Positions 10,109 to 22,800 of a stretch of 64,000 bases of DNA are shown here, one piece after another (the stretch's first letter is position 1; every line of letters begins with the position of its first letter). Source of the DNA: Candidatus Latescibacterota bacterium (GTDB lineage: Bacteria > Latescibacterota > UBA2968 > UBA8231). The position numbers were made by a program, and so were the translations under genes. The DNA is taken from NCBI GenBank assembly GCA_965217585.1, contig OZ244561.1:6592001-6656000 (forward strand). Direction: 5' to 3'. The notes below the pieces were generated by a model that saw only the letters and a list, made by a program, of their open reading frames with translations, was not told the DNA's origin and ran no database searches.

Positions 10109-10400
10109 AGGACAATATGGGATTTCTAATTTGGAGAGAGACTTTGGATGTCTGACATTTGGAAATGCTCTGGCAAGCTATCGAATAGGAGAAGAAAAAA
10201 GCCAGAGAGAGTTTGCTATTTTTTTGGGTATTTCACCTCAAAGCCTTTGTGATATTGAAAAAGAAAGAAGAATTCCAAGTCCCAGTAGGGCCGCTAAAAT
10301 TGCCGGAAAACTTGGCGAACCAGAAAGTTTTTGGGTTCAGCTTGCATTACAAGATATGCTGCGAAAAGAAAATTTGAACCTTGTTGTTTCCATCGGTTGA
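10098..10400 (+). CDS. XRE/HTH antitoxin (HigA-like)
   Basis: SQREFAIFLGISPQSLCDIEKERRIPS helix-turn-helix; low GC. Confidence 0.8.
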   Translation: MITKGQYGISNLERDFGCLTFGNALASYRIGEEKSQREFAIFLGISPQSLCDIEKERRIPSPSRAAKIAGKLGEPESFWVQLALQDMLRKENLNLVVSIG

Positions 10401-10444
10401 TGAAAAATGCCGTACTGTGTAGCGAAGCACCCCGTCTTCAACTC

Positions 10445-11560
10445 ATGCGTCACATTCTAGTCACAGGCGGTGCTGGCTTTATCGGCTCGCACACCGTAGA
10501 TCGCCTCGTCGCCGCGGGCTATCGCGTCCGCATCCTCGACTCCCTACAGGAGCGGGTCCACCCCGAAGGCTGGCCCACCTATCTGCCCGCAGGCGTAGAA
10601 AAGATGCGCGGCGACGTGCGCCAACGCGCCGACTGGCTGGCTGCGCTCGACGGCATCGACGGCGTCATCCACCTAGCGGCCTACCAAGACTACATGCCGG
10701 ACTTCTCCACCTTCCACCACGTCAATATCGTCGGTGCCACCCTGCTCTACGAGCTGATCGTCGCCGAGAAGCTGCCCGTGCGGAAAGTAGTCCTAGCCTC
10801 GTCGCAAGCCGTCTATGGCGAGGGCAAGTACCGCTGCGACGAGCACGGCATCGTCTATCCCGACGCCCGTCCCGACGCGCAGCTAGCCAGCGCCGAGTGG
10901 GAAGTCCGCTGCCCTCACTGCGCCGCTCCCCTCGAACACCAGCCGATCACCGAAGACACCGTCAACCCTCACACCACCTATGGCATCTCCAAATACGCGG
11001 CAGAGCTGACCTCCTTTAGCCTCGGCCGCAAATACGACATCCCCACGGTCAACATGCGCTACTCCATCGTCCAGGGGCCGCGCAACTCCTTTTTCAATGC
11101 CTATTCGGGCATCGGCCGCATTTTTGCCCTCCGCGTCCTGCACGGCCAGCCCCCCGTCTGCTACGAGGACGGCCAATCGCTGCGCGACTACGTCTATGTC
11201 GGCGATGTGGCCCGCGCCAATGTTCTCTGTCTTGAAGACGAGCGCGCCGATTTCCGCTCCTTCAATATCGCCGGGCAGCGCGGCACCACCGTCCGCGAAT
11301 ACGCTCAGCTAGTAACGCGCATCGCCGGGCGGGCCATCGAACCGCTCGTAAGCGGCGAATACCGCTTTGGCGACACCCGCCACACCGTCTCCTCCGGCGA
11401 GGCCCTGCAAGCCCTCGGCTGGCAGCCCGAGGTCCCGCTCGAACAAACCATTGGCGAATACATCGAGTGGGTCAAAGGACAGCCCAACCTCGCGGACTTC
11501 TACGCCACGGCCCAAGCGAACATGCGGGCTGCCAACGTCCTTCGCAGGGCTAGCGCGTGA
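10445..11560 (+). CDS. NAD-dependent epimerase/dehydratase
   Basis: ILVTGGAGFIGSH, YGISK (YxxxK), RDYVYVGD. Confidence 0.9.
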   Translation: MRHILVTGGAGFIGSHTVDRLVAAGYRVRILDSLQERVHPEGWPTYLPAGVEKMRGDVRQRADWLAALDGIDGVIHLAAYQDYMPDFSTFHHVNIVGATLLYELIVAEKLPVRKVVLASSQAVYGEGKYRCDEHGIVYPDARPDAQLASAEWEVRCPHCAAPLEHQPITEDTVNPHTTYGISKYAAELTSFSLGRKYDIPTVNMRYSIVQGPRNSFFNAYSGIGRIFALRVLHGQPPVCYEDGQSLRDYVYVGDVARANVLCLEDERADFRSFNIAGQRGTTVREYAQLVTRIAGRAIEPLVSGEYRFGDTRHTVSSGEALQALGWQPEVPLEQTIGEYIEWVKGQPNLADFYATAQANMRAANVLRRASA

Positions 11561-12276
11561 AGGCGATGATCCTAGCCGCCGGGCGCGGCACGCGCCTGCG
11601 CCCACGCACCGACGCGATTCCCAAGGCAATGGTCCCCTTTGCCGGCAAACCCCTGCTCGAATACGTCGTGCGCCTGTTGGCCCGGCACGGATTCGACGAC
11701 CTCATCATCAACCTCCACCACTTGCCCCACGTCATCACCGACTATTTCGGCGATGGCCGGGCCTGGGGGGTGTCGATTACCTATTCGCTGGAGGACGATC
11801 TGCTCGGCACCGCCGGCGCTGCGTGGCAAGTGGCCGACTTCTTCGACGGGCCTTTTTTAATGTACTACGGAGACAACCTGACCAACTTCGACCTAGGCGA
11901 CTTGTGGCAAACCCACCAACGCGAGGGCGAGATCGCCAGCACCGGGCTCCTGTGGATGGACGACCCGACCACGCGAGGCATCGTCGGCCTCGACGCGCGC
12001 GGCCGCATCGAGCGCTTCGTCGAAAAACCGCGGCCCGACCAAGTATTCGACAACTATTGGGTCAACGCCGGGATCTACGCCCTACAACCCGAAATCCTCG
12101 ATCGCATCCCGCCCGACACTCCCTGCGACTTCAGCGAGGTCTTCGCCGACTTGCTCGCCGTAGGTCGCCCTCTGCTCGGGCATCCCATGCGCGGTCAACT
12201 CCTTTCGACCGATACACCGGAGCGCTACCACCACGCCTGTCAGTGCGTGGACTCGGGAACCTTTGCCCTTCCTTGA
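11557..12276 (+). CDS. sugar-1-phosphate nucleotidyltransferase (HddC/GMPP-like)
   Basis: AMILAAGRGTRLRPRTDAIPKAM, LGTAG, FVEKP. Confidence 0.85.
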   Translation: MKAMILAAGRGTRLRPRTDAIPKAMVPFAGKPLLEYVVRLLARHGFDDLIINLHHLPHVITDYFGDGRAWGVSITYSLEDDLLGTAGAAWQVADFFDGPFLMYYGDNLTNFDLGDLWQTHQREGEIASTGLLWMDDPTTRGIVGLDARGRIERFVEKPRPDQVFDNYWVNAGIYALQPEILDRIPPDTPCDFSEVFADLLAVGRPLLGHPMRGQLLSTDTPERYHHACQCVDSGTFALP

Positions 12277-12288
12277 AACGAGGCTAGT

Positions 12289-13278
12289 TTGATCATCACC
12301 AGAGCGCCGCTACGCATTCCGCTCGGTGGCGGCGGCACCGATCTAGCGTCCTATTACACCCACTACGGAGGCTTTGTACTCAGCGCTGGCATCGACAAAT
12401 ACGTCTATATCCAGCTCAATGACCTCGAGGTGGAAGACTTCATTCGCGTCAAATACTCGCAAACCGAAAAGGTCGATGCGCCCGACCAGATCCAACATCC
12501 CCTGCTGCGCGAAGCCCTGATCTACGCCGGGATTGAGGGCGGGATCGAAATAAGCGCGATGTCTGACGTACCGGGACGCACGGGTTTGGGGTCGTCGGGC
12601 GCGTTCACCGTGGCGCTGCTGGCCGCGCTCCACGCCTATAAGCACCAACAGCCCTCTCCTCAAGAGCTAGCGGAGGAAGCCCACTATATCGAAGCGGTGC
12701 GGGCTGCTCAGCCAGCGGGCAAACACGACCACTACTTGGGCACTTTCGGCGGCCTGACTTGCCTCGACATCGATACCAGCGGTCGCGTCGCAGTCGCACC
12801 ACTGGCGATCTCCGCACCCACCGCCGAGGCCCTAGCCGCCAACATGCTGATCTTTTTTACCGGCATCCGGCGCGAGAGTTCGGACATCCTCGCGCAACAA
12901 AACCAAGACACCCAACAAGGCGACGACCGGGTACTAGACAGCCTGCATCAGACCAAGCAGATCGGCTACCAGATCAAGGAGGCGCTCGAACGGGACGCGC
13001 TCGACCGCTTCGGCGAATTACTCCACGAGCACTGGATGACCAAAAAGCAGCGGGCGCAGCAGATATCCAATGCGGATATCGACCGCTGGTACGCGGCCGG
13101 CCGCGCCGCCGGTGCCCTCGGCGGCAAGCTGCTAGGGGCCGGCGGCGGTGGCTTCCTCATGTTCTATTGCCCGACTGAACACCACCCCAAGCTGCGCGCC
13201 ACCATGGCCCAAGCGGGCCTGCGCGAGATGCGTTTCCGCTTCGATACAGAAGGCGCTAAAGTCCTAGCCACCCTCTGA
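12289..13278 (+). CDS. hddA: GHMP kinase, D-glycero-alpha-D-manno-heptose-7-phosphate kinase-like
   Basis: RAPLRIPLGGGGTD, PGRTGLGSSG, GGKLLGAGGGGF. Confidence 0.75.
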   Translation: MIITRAPLRIPLGGGGTDLASYYTHYGGFVLSAGIDKYVYIQLNDLEVEDFIRVKYSQTEKVDAPDQIQHPLLREALIYAGIEGGIEISAMSDVPGRTGLGSSGAFTVALLAALHAYKHQQPSPQELAEEAHYIEAVRAAQPAGKHDHYLGTFGGLTCLDIDTSGRVAVAPLAISAPTAEALAANMLIFFTGIRRESSDILAQQNQDTQQGDDRVLDSLHQTKQIGYQIKEALERDALDRFGELLHEHWMTKKQRAQQISNADIDRWYAAGRAAGALGGKLLGAGGGGFLMFYCPTEHHPKLRATMAQAGLREMRFRFDTEGAKVLATL

Positions 13279-14123
13279 TGCGTCGCTTGCAACTAGGCGA
13301 GGCCGAGGCCGTACACCTGCCCGGCGGCGACTTTCGACTCGACGGAGGGACTATGTTCGGCGTGGTGCCCAAGGCCCTATGGCAACGCGAGTGCCTCCCG
13401 GACGAGCACAATCGCGTCCGTCTATCGTGCAACTGCCTGCTCCTGAAAACGGGCCGTGAGTTCGTGCTGCTCGACGCCGGGTTTGGCGAGCGCTTCTCCC
13501 CGCGCGAGCGCGCCATGTACGGCATGGACGGCACACATACGCTACGCGGCTCGCTCGACGCCGCCGGTGTGGCCCCGGAGGCGATCACCATGGTCGCGCT
13601 CACCCACCTGCACTTCGACCACTTCTCTGGCTGCCTCATTGAGCAAGGCGGAGAATGGGCACCACTCTTTCCCAACGCCGTCCACGCGGTGCAGCGCGGC
13701 GAGTGGGACGACGCCTTGGCCGGCCGCAGCACCATGCGGAGCAGCTACCGACCCGAGGAACTGCACACCCTCGCCCGCCAAGTCGAGATGCGCTTCCTCG
13801 ACGGCGACAGCGCATTGGTCCCCGGGCTGACGGCCTTTGTCACCGGCGGCCACACCTGCGCCCATCAGGGCTTTCGTCTTGAGGCCAGCGGCCGCACCCT
13901 CGTCTATCCCGGAGAACTGGTGCCGACGCGCCTCCACCTACGGCCCTATTGGAACATGGCCTACGACATGTTCCCCTATCAGACCTTGACCCGCAAACAG
14001 CACTTTGCCGCCGAAGCCGCCGCCCAAGGGTGGATTGTCGCCTGGGACCACGATCCCGACTCGCCGTGGAGCCGCATCGTCCAAGACGGCGAACGCTTTG
14101 TCGCCCGCGATGTGGAATTTTGA
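13278..14123 (+). CDS. MBL-fold metallo-hydrolase (YtnP-like)
   Basis: FRLDGGTMFGVVPKALW, THLHFDH, GGHT, HDP. Confidence 0.85.
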   Translation: MRRLQLGEAEAVHLPGGDFRLDGGTMFGVVPKALWQRECLPDEHNRVRLSCNCLLLKTGREFVLLDAGFGERFSPRERAMYGMDGTHTLRGSLDAAGVAPEAITMVALTHLHFDHFSGCLIEQGGEWAPLFPNAVHAVQRGEWDDALAGRSTMRSSYRPEELHTLARQVEMRFLDGDSALVPGLTAFVTGGHTCAHQGFRLEASGRTLVYPGELVPTRLHLRPYWNMAYDMFPYQTLTRKQHFAAEAAAQGWIVAWDHDPDSPWSRIVQDGERFVARDVEF

Positions 14124-14158
14124 CCGAGATTAGGCCATGCGTTACTTTTAACGCCACT

Positions 14159-14404
14159 ATGTCCTTGGAAGTCATTGAAATTCCCGCCGCGCACCGCGAC
14201 CTGCTCAACCGCCTGTCCGAGCTGATTCCCGACCTCGAACCAGACTCGCCGCAGAGCTTGCAGCGGATCTTCGGCTTGGGGCTGATCGCTTTAACCATGC
14301 AGATCGCCAATAAGGCCCGCGCCCAAGATCAAGGCGATCTAGTCGCCGAGTTGGGCGACCTCGCCAAGTCCATGGTCGAGGCCGAAGGCTGGGCTTCACT
14401 ATGA
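14159..14404 (+). CDS. small hypothetical protein
   Basis: MSLEVIEIPAAH...; stop overlaps the SDR start (ATGA). Confidence 0.6.
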   Translation: MSLEVIEIPAAHRDLLNRLSELIPDLEPDSPQSLQRIFGLGLIALTMQIANKARAQDQGDLVAELGDLAKSMVEAEGWASL

Positions 14405-15183
14405 TGATCCCGCCCTCCTCGCTCGACCTCTTCAGCCTCAAGGGGCGCACGGCCTTGGTGACGGGCGGCAGCAAGGGCCTCGGAGAAGCCATGGCCTGCG
14501 CGCTGTCGGCGGCCGGTGCCGACGTGGCCCTCACCAGCCGCAATGTGAAAGAAGCCGACGCCGCGGCTGCGCAAATCAGTGCCCACACCAACGGCCGCGT
14601 GCTCGCCTTCCAAGCCGACGCGGCCGACCGCGCCCAAGTGGAAGCCTCGGTCCGCCAAACCAGCGACGCCTTGGGCCCTATCGACATCCTGGTCAACAAC
14701 GCCGGCATCAACATCCGCAGCCCTATCGTCGAGCTGCGCGACGAGGATTGGGACGCGGTCATCGCCATCAACCTCACCGGCCCGATGTACTACTGCCGAG
14801 CCGTGGGGCCGCAGATGATCGAGCGCGGCTACGGCCGCGTCATCAACCTCGGGTCCACGGTGTCTCAGGTCTCAATCGCCGACCGCACCCCGTATGCATC
14901 GAGCAAGGGCGGCATCGTCCAGCTCACCAAAACCCTCGCCCTCGAATGGGCACCGCACGGGATCACCGTCAACGCCATCTGCCCCGGTCCCTTTACCACC
15001 CCGATCAACGCCATCCTGCTACAAGACCCAGCCAAGGCGCGCGAAATGATTGCCAAGGTCCCCATGGACCGCTGGGGCGACCCGGCCGAACTGGCCACGG
15101 CCGTCCTCTACTTTGCCTCAGAAGCATCTGGCTTTACCACCGGGGCGACTCTAGTCGTCGACGGCGGGTACACCGCTCAGTAG
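14401..15183 (+). CDS. SDR oxidoreductase (KduD/gluconate 5-dehydrogenase-like)
   Basis: TGGSKGLG, NNAG, YASSK, VNAICPG. Confidence 0.9.
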   Translation: MMIPPSSLDLFSLKGRTALVTGGSKGLGEAMACALSAAGADVALTSRNVKEADAAAAQISAHTNGRVLAFQADAADRAQVEASVRQTSDALGPIDILVNNAGINIRSPIVELRDEDWDAVIAINLTGPMYYCRAVGPQMIERGYGRVINLGSTVSQVSIADRTPYASSKGGIVQLTKTLALEWAPHGITVNAICPGPFTTPINAILLQDPAKAREMIAKVPMDRWGDPAELATAVLYFASEASGFTTGATLVVDGGYTAQ

Positions 15184-15189
15184 CGCGGT

Positions 15190-15975
15190 CTAAAGCCGAC
15201 GGCAGACCCTCTTAAAAGCGAATCGCGTCAAGCGAGGCAAGTGCTGGCGCAGCTTGATCAGCAAATGCGCGGCCGCGTCTGGGACGCTCTTGTGCTTGCC
15301 CGCGGCTACGGCGTCTGCGATGGCCGCGGCCACTTCCTCCGCCGACTTGGCGAACTTTTCCTGCACCGGCAGGTGCTTAGTGCCGGCTCGCTCGGCAAAC
15401 TCAGTATGCACCAAGCCCGGCCCCACGAGGTGGACGCCAATGCCCTGGGGTGCCAGCTCGTAGTCGAGGCTTTCGGCCAAGCCGTTCACCGCGAATTTCG
15501 TCGCGCTGTACACGGCGTGCTTGGGCACGGGGAATTCGCCGGCAATACTCGATATGAAGACCAACCGGCCCCGCCCTTGTGCTATCATACCCGGCAGAAA
15601 GGTCCGGGTGCAGTAGATGACGCCGAGCAGGTTCGTCTGCACCACGGCCGCGCATTCGCGCACATCCGCGTCGGCAAAGGAGTTGTAATGCCCCCGACCC
15701 GCGTTGTTGATCAGCACGTCGGCTCCGCCCCATTGCGCCTCCACCTCGGCGTGCAAAGCGCCAACTTGAGCCAGATCGCCTACGTCGCACGGCACCACTA
15801 GCGGTCGGCGACCACCACTTTCTTCAATTGCCGACCCTAATTCTGCTAGAGCCTCGGCGCGGCGTGCCACCAAAACCAAGCGCGCCCCGCGCTCGGCCAG
15901 CACGAGGGCCAAGGCACGGCCGATGCCGCTGCTGGCTCCGGTCAGCACGACCCGCTGATCATCCCAGTCCATCAT
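15190..15975 (-). CDS. SDR oxidoreductase
   Basis: TGASSGIG, NNAG, YSATK. Confidence 0.9.
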   Translation of the reverse strand: MMDWDDQRVVLTGASSGIGRALALVLAERGARLVLVARRAEALAELGSAIEESGGRRPLVVPCDVGDLAQVGALHAEVEAQWGGADVLINNAGRGHYNSFADADVRECAAVVQTNLLGVIYCTRTFLPGMIAQGRGRLVFISSIAGEFPVPKHAVYSATKFAVNGLAESLDYELAPQGIGVHLVGPGLVHTEFAERAGTKHLPVQEKFAKSAEEVAAAIADAVAAGKHKSVPDAAAHLLIKLRQHLPRLTRFAFKRVCRRL

Positions 15976-16181
15976 CGCCTCGTTTTTTCATAATGAAAAT
16001 ATCACCTGTTTATTGTATTTTAGAGAAAATTTTATAACTCCATATTTTTCATTCACTTATCTGTATTATTTTCTTCGTTTTTGTGGATATATTATCATTA
16101 TGGTAATCCACTCGTTTATTACTTTGAGTCCAGTACGGCGTAAGTTCTTTATAAACAAAACCATAGCAAAATTTTTGTCCT

Positions 16182-16198
16182 TTGGCACGAAAGTTGCA
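16182..16198 (+). promoter_or_regulatory. sigma54 (-24/-12) promoter of groESL
   Basis: TTGGCAC-GAAAG-TTGCA matches TGGCAC-N5-TTGCW; preceded by an AT-rich tract. Confidence 0.75.
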
Positions 16199-16243
16199 TA
16201 TAGCATGCCATAGCCATTTTACCCATAAAAGGAGGAGTCAATC

Positions 16244-18183
<1,940 letters not shown>

Positions 18184-18204
18184 GGGACGCCTAGTAAACG
18201 CGCA

Positions 18205-18245
18205 AAAGCGGGCGGGGTGTTTCATCCCGCCCGCTTTCTTTTTAT
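18205..18245 (+). terminator. Rho-independent terminator
   Basis: AAAGCGGGCGGG...CCCGCCCGCTTT stem followed by a T tract. Confidence 0.85.
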
Positions 18246-18315
18246 TTAAATTTTGCAAAATGAATTGCTGAGTTGGATGCGCGCCTTCAATCCACTAATT
18301 CCTTAAGGACTACAG

Positions 18316-19425
18316 ATGCCCACCCTGTATCAACGCCTAGGCCTGCGCCCTTTCATCAACGCCCGTGGCACCATCACCACGCTCGGCGGCTCCATCATGC
18401 CCGCGCCCGTGGTCGAGGCGATGGCCGAAGCGGCTCGCCAATTCATCCATCTCAACGAGCTGCACGAAAAGGCCGGTGCTCGCATCGCCGCGCTCACCGG
18501 TGCTGAAGCGGCCTTTGTGTCTTCGGGCGCGGCCGGCGGTATGCTCTTGGCCGGTGCAGCTTGCCTGACCGGAACCGACGCTCGCGCCATTGCCCAGCTT
18601 CCCGATGTCGGGGATCGGCCCAACCAGTTCGTCATCAGCTTGGTCGATTCGCATTACTACGTCCATCAGGGCTTTCGCCTCAGCGGCGGCGAGCTGGTCC
18701 GAGTCGGGACCACAGCGGCCGTGACGCTCGACGATTACGTCGCTGGCATCGGTCCCAAGACCGCAGCCGTAGTGTATTTCCTCGGCAGCCAGCCTCTGTC
18801 CGAGCTGCCCGCACTCGTCGCCGCGGCCCACGAGCACAATGTGCCGGTCATCGTCGATGCGGCCGCGCAATTGCCGCCGCGCTCCAACCTGACCGACCTG
18901 CCGGCCATGGGCTGCGACCTGTCGGTTTTCAGCGGCGGCAAGGGCCTGTTTGGGCCGCAGTCATCGGGCCTGATCTTGGGCCGCAAAGACCTGATTGCGG
19001 CGTGCCACCTCAACTCCAACCCGCACTCGGCTATCGGCCGCGGCATGAAGGTCGGCAAAGAGGAAATCTGCGGCCTGCTCCGCGCCGTCGAGCTATTCTT
19101 TGAAATGGATGAAGCAGCGCAAGTGGCCGAGTGGCAGCGCCGCTGTCGAGTCGTCGCCGAGGCTGTCGAGGGCATCGCTGGCATTAAGGCTAGTTTTACC
19201 AGCGCCTATGAGAACAAATTTCCGCCGGCCGAGCCGCTGGTGCATCTGCACTTTGGCGACGAGGCCCCCCTCTCGGCCGGCGACGTAGTGCACGCGCTCG
19301 AAGCAGGCGAGCCGTCGATCTTGGTCAGCGGCGGCGACACCGCGCTCAGCGTTGGGCCGCAAACCCTCTTAGACGGCGAAGCCGAAATCATCGCCGACCG
19401 CCTCCACCGCATCTTAACCGCCTAA
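18316..19425 (+). CDS. SelA-like/DgaE-family PLP-dependent enzyme
   Basis: RPFINARGTITTLGGS, VIVDAAA, FSGGKGL, RGMKVGKE. Confidence 0.85.
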   Translation: MPTLYQRLGLRPFINARGTITTLGGSIMPAPVVEAMAEAARQFIHLNELHEKAGARIAALTGAEAAFVSSGAAGGMLLAGAACLTGTDARAIAQLPDVGDRPNQFVISLVDSHYYVHQGFRLSGGELVRVGTTAAVTLDDYVAGIGPKTAAVVYFLGSQPLSELPALVAAAHEHNVPVIVDAAAQLPPRSNLTDLPAMGCDLSVFSGGKGLFGPQSSGLILGRKDLIAACHLNSNPHSAIGRGMKVGKEEICGLLRAVELFFEMDEAAQVAEWQRRCRVVAEAVEGIAGIKASFTSAYENKFPPAEPLVHLHFGDEAPLSAGDVVHALEAGEPSILVSGGDTALSVGPQTLLDGEAEIIADRLHRILTA

Positions 19426-19450
19426 CTATCTCAACGAGGAGTCAACCGCC

Positions 19451-19756
19451 ATGACCGAAGACAAAACCACCCTCAGCGCCGCCGAAGTAGATGCCGAATT
19501 GCAAACCCTCACAGGTTGGCGTCGCGACGGCATCATCATCTCGCGCGACTTCGTCTTTGCCAACTTCAAGGACATCACCTCGTTCCTCAACCACCTGACC
19601 CGCACCATCACCGAACAGAACCACCACCCCGACTTCTCCTTGGATACCGGCAAACGCACCATTGCCGTCTCGGTAACAACTCACAGCGAAGGGGCCGTCA
19701 CCCGCTCGGATATCCTCTTCGCCCGCACGCTCAACGAGTGGCAGCCGGGGAGCTGA
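19451..19756 (+). CDS. phhB: pterin-4-alpha-carbinolamine dehydratase
   Basis: QNHHPD and TTHSEGAVTRSD motifs. Confidence 0.8.
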   Translation: MTEDKTTLSAAEVDAELQTLTGWRRDGIIISRDFVFANFKDITSFLNHLTRTITEQNHHPDFSLDTGKRTIAVSVTTHSEGAVTRSDILFARTLNEWQPGS

Positions 19757-19807
19757 GTCTCAGAAGCGTTCTTAAAACTCGCGTCGGGTGTCAGGTGTCG
19801 GCGCATG

Positions 19808-19844
19808 AAAAAGCGCCCGATGCCAAGGAGACACCGGGCGCTTT
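19808..19844 (-). terminator. Rho-independent terminator of the surface-protein gene
   Basis: AAAGCGCCCG/CGGGCGCTTT stem with an A5 run (U5 on the minus strand). Confidence 0.7.
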
Positions 19845-19864
19845 GCAGGGGTCGATGACAGAGC

Positions 19865-22800
19865 CTACTTGAGGTAGAGCAGGCGCTGAGTCTGCATCCC
19901 GCCCGGATAGTGCAGCCGCACCAAATACATCCCCGCCGACACCAACGCGCCGCGCCGGTCGCGCGCATCCCAGCGAACCTTATAGAAGCCAGCGTCCTGG
20001 TATTGATCGACCAGCGTGCGCACGGGCTGCCCGAGGAGGTTGTAGATCTCCAGGCGCACGGGGCCGTCCACGTCCAGGCGGTAGGGGATGAGGGTGCTGG
20101 CGTTGAAGGGGTTGGGCGCGTTGGGCGCGAGGCCCGGCGGCCCGTCCGCGACCGCCGGCTTGGACGCCGGGGCCGCCGGCGTGTCGATGTGGAACCAGCG
20201 GGAGCGCTCGCTCGTTCCGGCCCCGTTGATGGCCTTGATGCGGTAGGTGTACGTGGTGCTGGCCGCCACGGTGTTGTCGGTGTAGGTGGTAGCGGCCGTC
20301 CCCGTGTCCGCCACCAGCACATCGAAGTCGCCCCCGGTGTCGTTCACGCGCACGCGCCGCAGGATCACGTAGCCGGTGATGGAGTCGTCGCCGGGATCGT
20401 CCCAGGTGAGGGTCACCGAGCCGTGGGTCGCCGTGGCGGAGAGCCCCGTGGGCTGGTCCGGTGCGGAGGCTGGCGGACCGGCCACCGTCGCCGAGATCGT
20501 CTCCGACAGCGCTTGGCCGTCCTTCGTGCAGACCGCCGCCGGGGTGCCGCAGGCCGCCCCGGCCGCGAGCGTCACCGTCACGTCCGCCGGCGAATCCGGC
20601 TCGACCGTCAACTGCCACAGGTCCCTGCGCCGGTTCACCCGGCCGGCCGCCGTCGCCCGGCCCCCGGCTACCGCCACGACGTCCTCCCGCAACCGCCGGC
20701 CGTTCATCAAGCTGAGCGGCTCGCTGAACGCGATCCGGAACGTGAACGCGCGCTCCCCGTCGTGCGCCTCCGGCATGTCCACGAAGCTCGCCGTCAACGG
20801 CGGCGGCTCGTCTGGCGGACCCGCCCGGCGCAGCGACACCGCGACCCGGATCCCATCCGACGCCCCGCCCTCGTAGCGCGAGTATTCGGTACTTGGTTGT
20901 GGCGTGTGGCCCATCAGCATCGGCGGCGACTTGCCACTGTTACTTGTATACGCTTCCAGCCCCGAAATCCGGTATCCGTTCCAGTACGCCACCAAGCCCG
21001 ACGCGTCAGGTCGCGTCGAACCCGTCGCCAGCCCAAACACTCCCCTCGAATTCACGAGGAACGCATCGATTACGTAAGTCGCGCCGCCGTCCTCGAACGA
21101 GGTGACGTCCATCTCTCCGAACGACTCGCCCCGAACCCGGCCGTACCCCGCGACCCATAAGGGGAACTGATGCCAACCCAGTGTCATCGTCGTCGACAAT
21201 AGCTCCTCCTCGCCGTCTTCGAGCGGCGGATTGGCGGGTGCCGACCACACCGGCGCCGTCGCCGCGTTCGTTATCGAGCCATCGCCGCTCTCGACCCGCA
21301 CCGAGAGCCGTGCGCCCACGTCCGCCACCGTCACGACATAGGTGCTCGCCGTCGCGCCCGCGATCACTTCCGATCCGCGCAGCCACTGATACGCCAAAGC
21401 GCCACTCGCCGCTCGCCGCTTGCCGCTTGCCGCTTGCTGCTCGTCGAACGACACCCTCAAGGTGTTTCCAACCTGCGGTACCCCGTCGATCCGCAGCATC
21501 GACACAACCGGCGATTCCCCGTCGGAAATCGTACCGGTCGCCTCGGCGTCGGCAAGTGTCGCGCCCGAGGCGTTGCTCAACCGGAGCGTGAACGTTTCCC
21601 CGCTGTCGTCCTCTGCATCATTCAGAACGGCGATGCGGACCGTCTTGCCCGTCTCCCCGGGCCCGAAGGTGAGCGTCCCGCTGGCCGCGGTGTAGTCCTC
21701 GCCCGCAGTCGCAGTGCCGTCGACGGTTGTCCAATCGACCGTCACGGTCTCGCAATCGTTCCTGGCGTCGAGCGTCACCACGAAATCAACCTTTGCGTCG
21801 GTTCCCTCAGTGGCGCTCGCGTCCCCGACCGACACCTTGCGGTTTCGCGCGATGTGCAAGGGCTCGGACGCGGTGTTGGGATTTCCCACCTCGTCCGTAG
21901 TGATGCCGGCTGGAAACGTGATAGTCGTCTCCCCACCCGCTGGCTCCGGCTCCACACTGAATGTATAGATCCAGCCGAACGCGAGCCGACTGCTGATAAC
22001 CAACCACAACCGCGGAAGGCGGATGTTGTTAAACTCGATATCGTTCCTACCGAATCCCCCCAGGACCGGTTCGCTGATTTCGATATTCACCTCCGTCCTG
22101 CTGTCTGAATCCGGCGTCCCGTCCCCGCACATCACCGACACGGATGGCGGGGTGGTATCAGTGACCAACGTGAACGACGCGGTGTGCGTCGTCCCCGGCG
22201 TGCCGCCCAAATCCGCCTCTGGATAGGGCGTAGCTCTGAGCTGATAGCTCCCTGCTGGCAGGGAGCGGCCAATTATGTCCTCGAACAGCGTGTAGGGCGC
22301 AGTGTTGTCGGTGCGTGATATGTTTTGGGGACCCGTGAGCTCCAATCGCACGCTGCCGATTCCCGCCGCCGCGGACGAGTAGGTGCGAAAGTTCACTTTC
22401 TCCCCGGCGGTCACGCCCACACCCGCCAGGGACCCGCCCACGCCCATGAGCCCGTAAGAATGTGCACGCCTCGCTTGCAGCTCATCGGAGAGTCCCTCGA
22501 GACCGTCCCTGATGTTGGGATCAACCAACATGATCGCCATGTCGGTGATCGGGTCCCATGCAACCGACGACGATCCATCGTCGTCAATGATCGTGCCGGT
22601 GGTCTCGGCGTCGGCAAGTGTCGCGCCCGAGGCATTGCTCAGTCGTAGCGTGAAGGTTTCGCCCCCGTCTCCTACCGTGTCGTCCAGAGTGACGACGCTG
22701 ACCGCCTTAGTCGTCTCCTCGGTTCCGCCGTCATCGATGAAGGTGGTCCGCACCTTGATGGTCTTGCCTTGGTCGGCGGAGACCAGTGTGTAGCTAGCCT

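Noticed and set aside
18316-19425. True selenocysteine synthase selA
   Set aside because: It is short, DgaE-like, lacks the SelA N-terminal domain, and has no selB or selC nearby.
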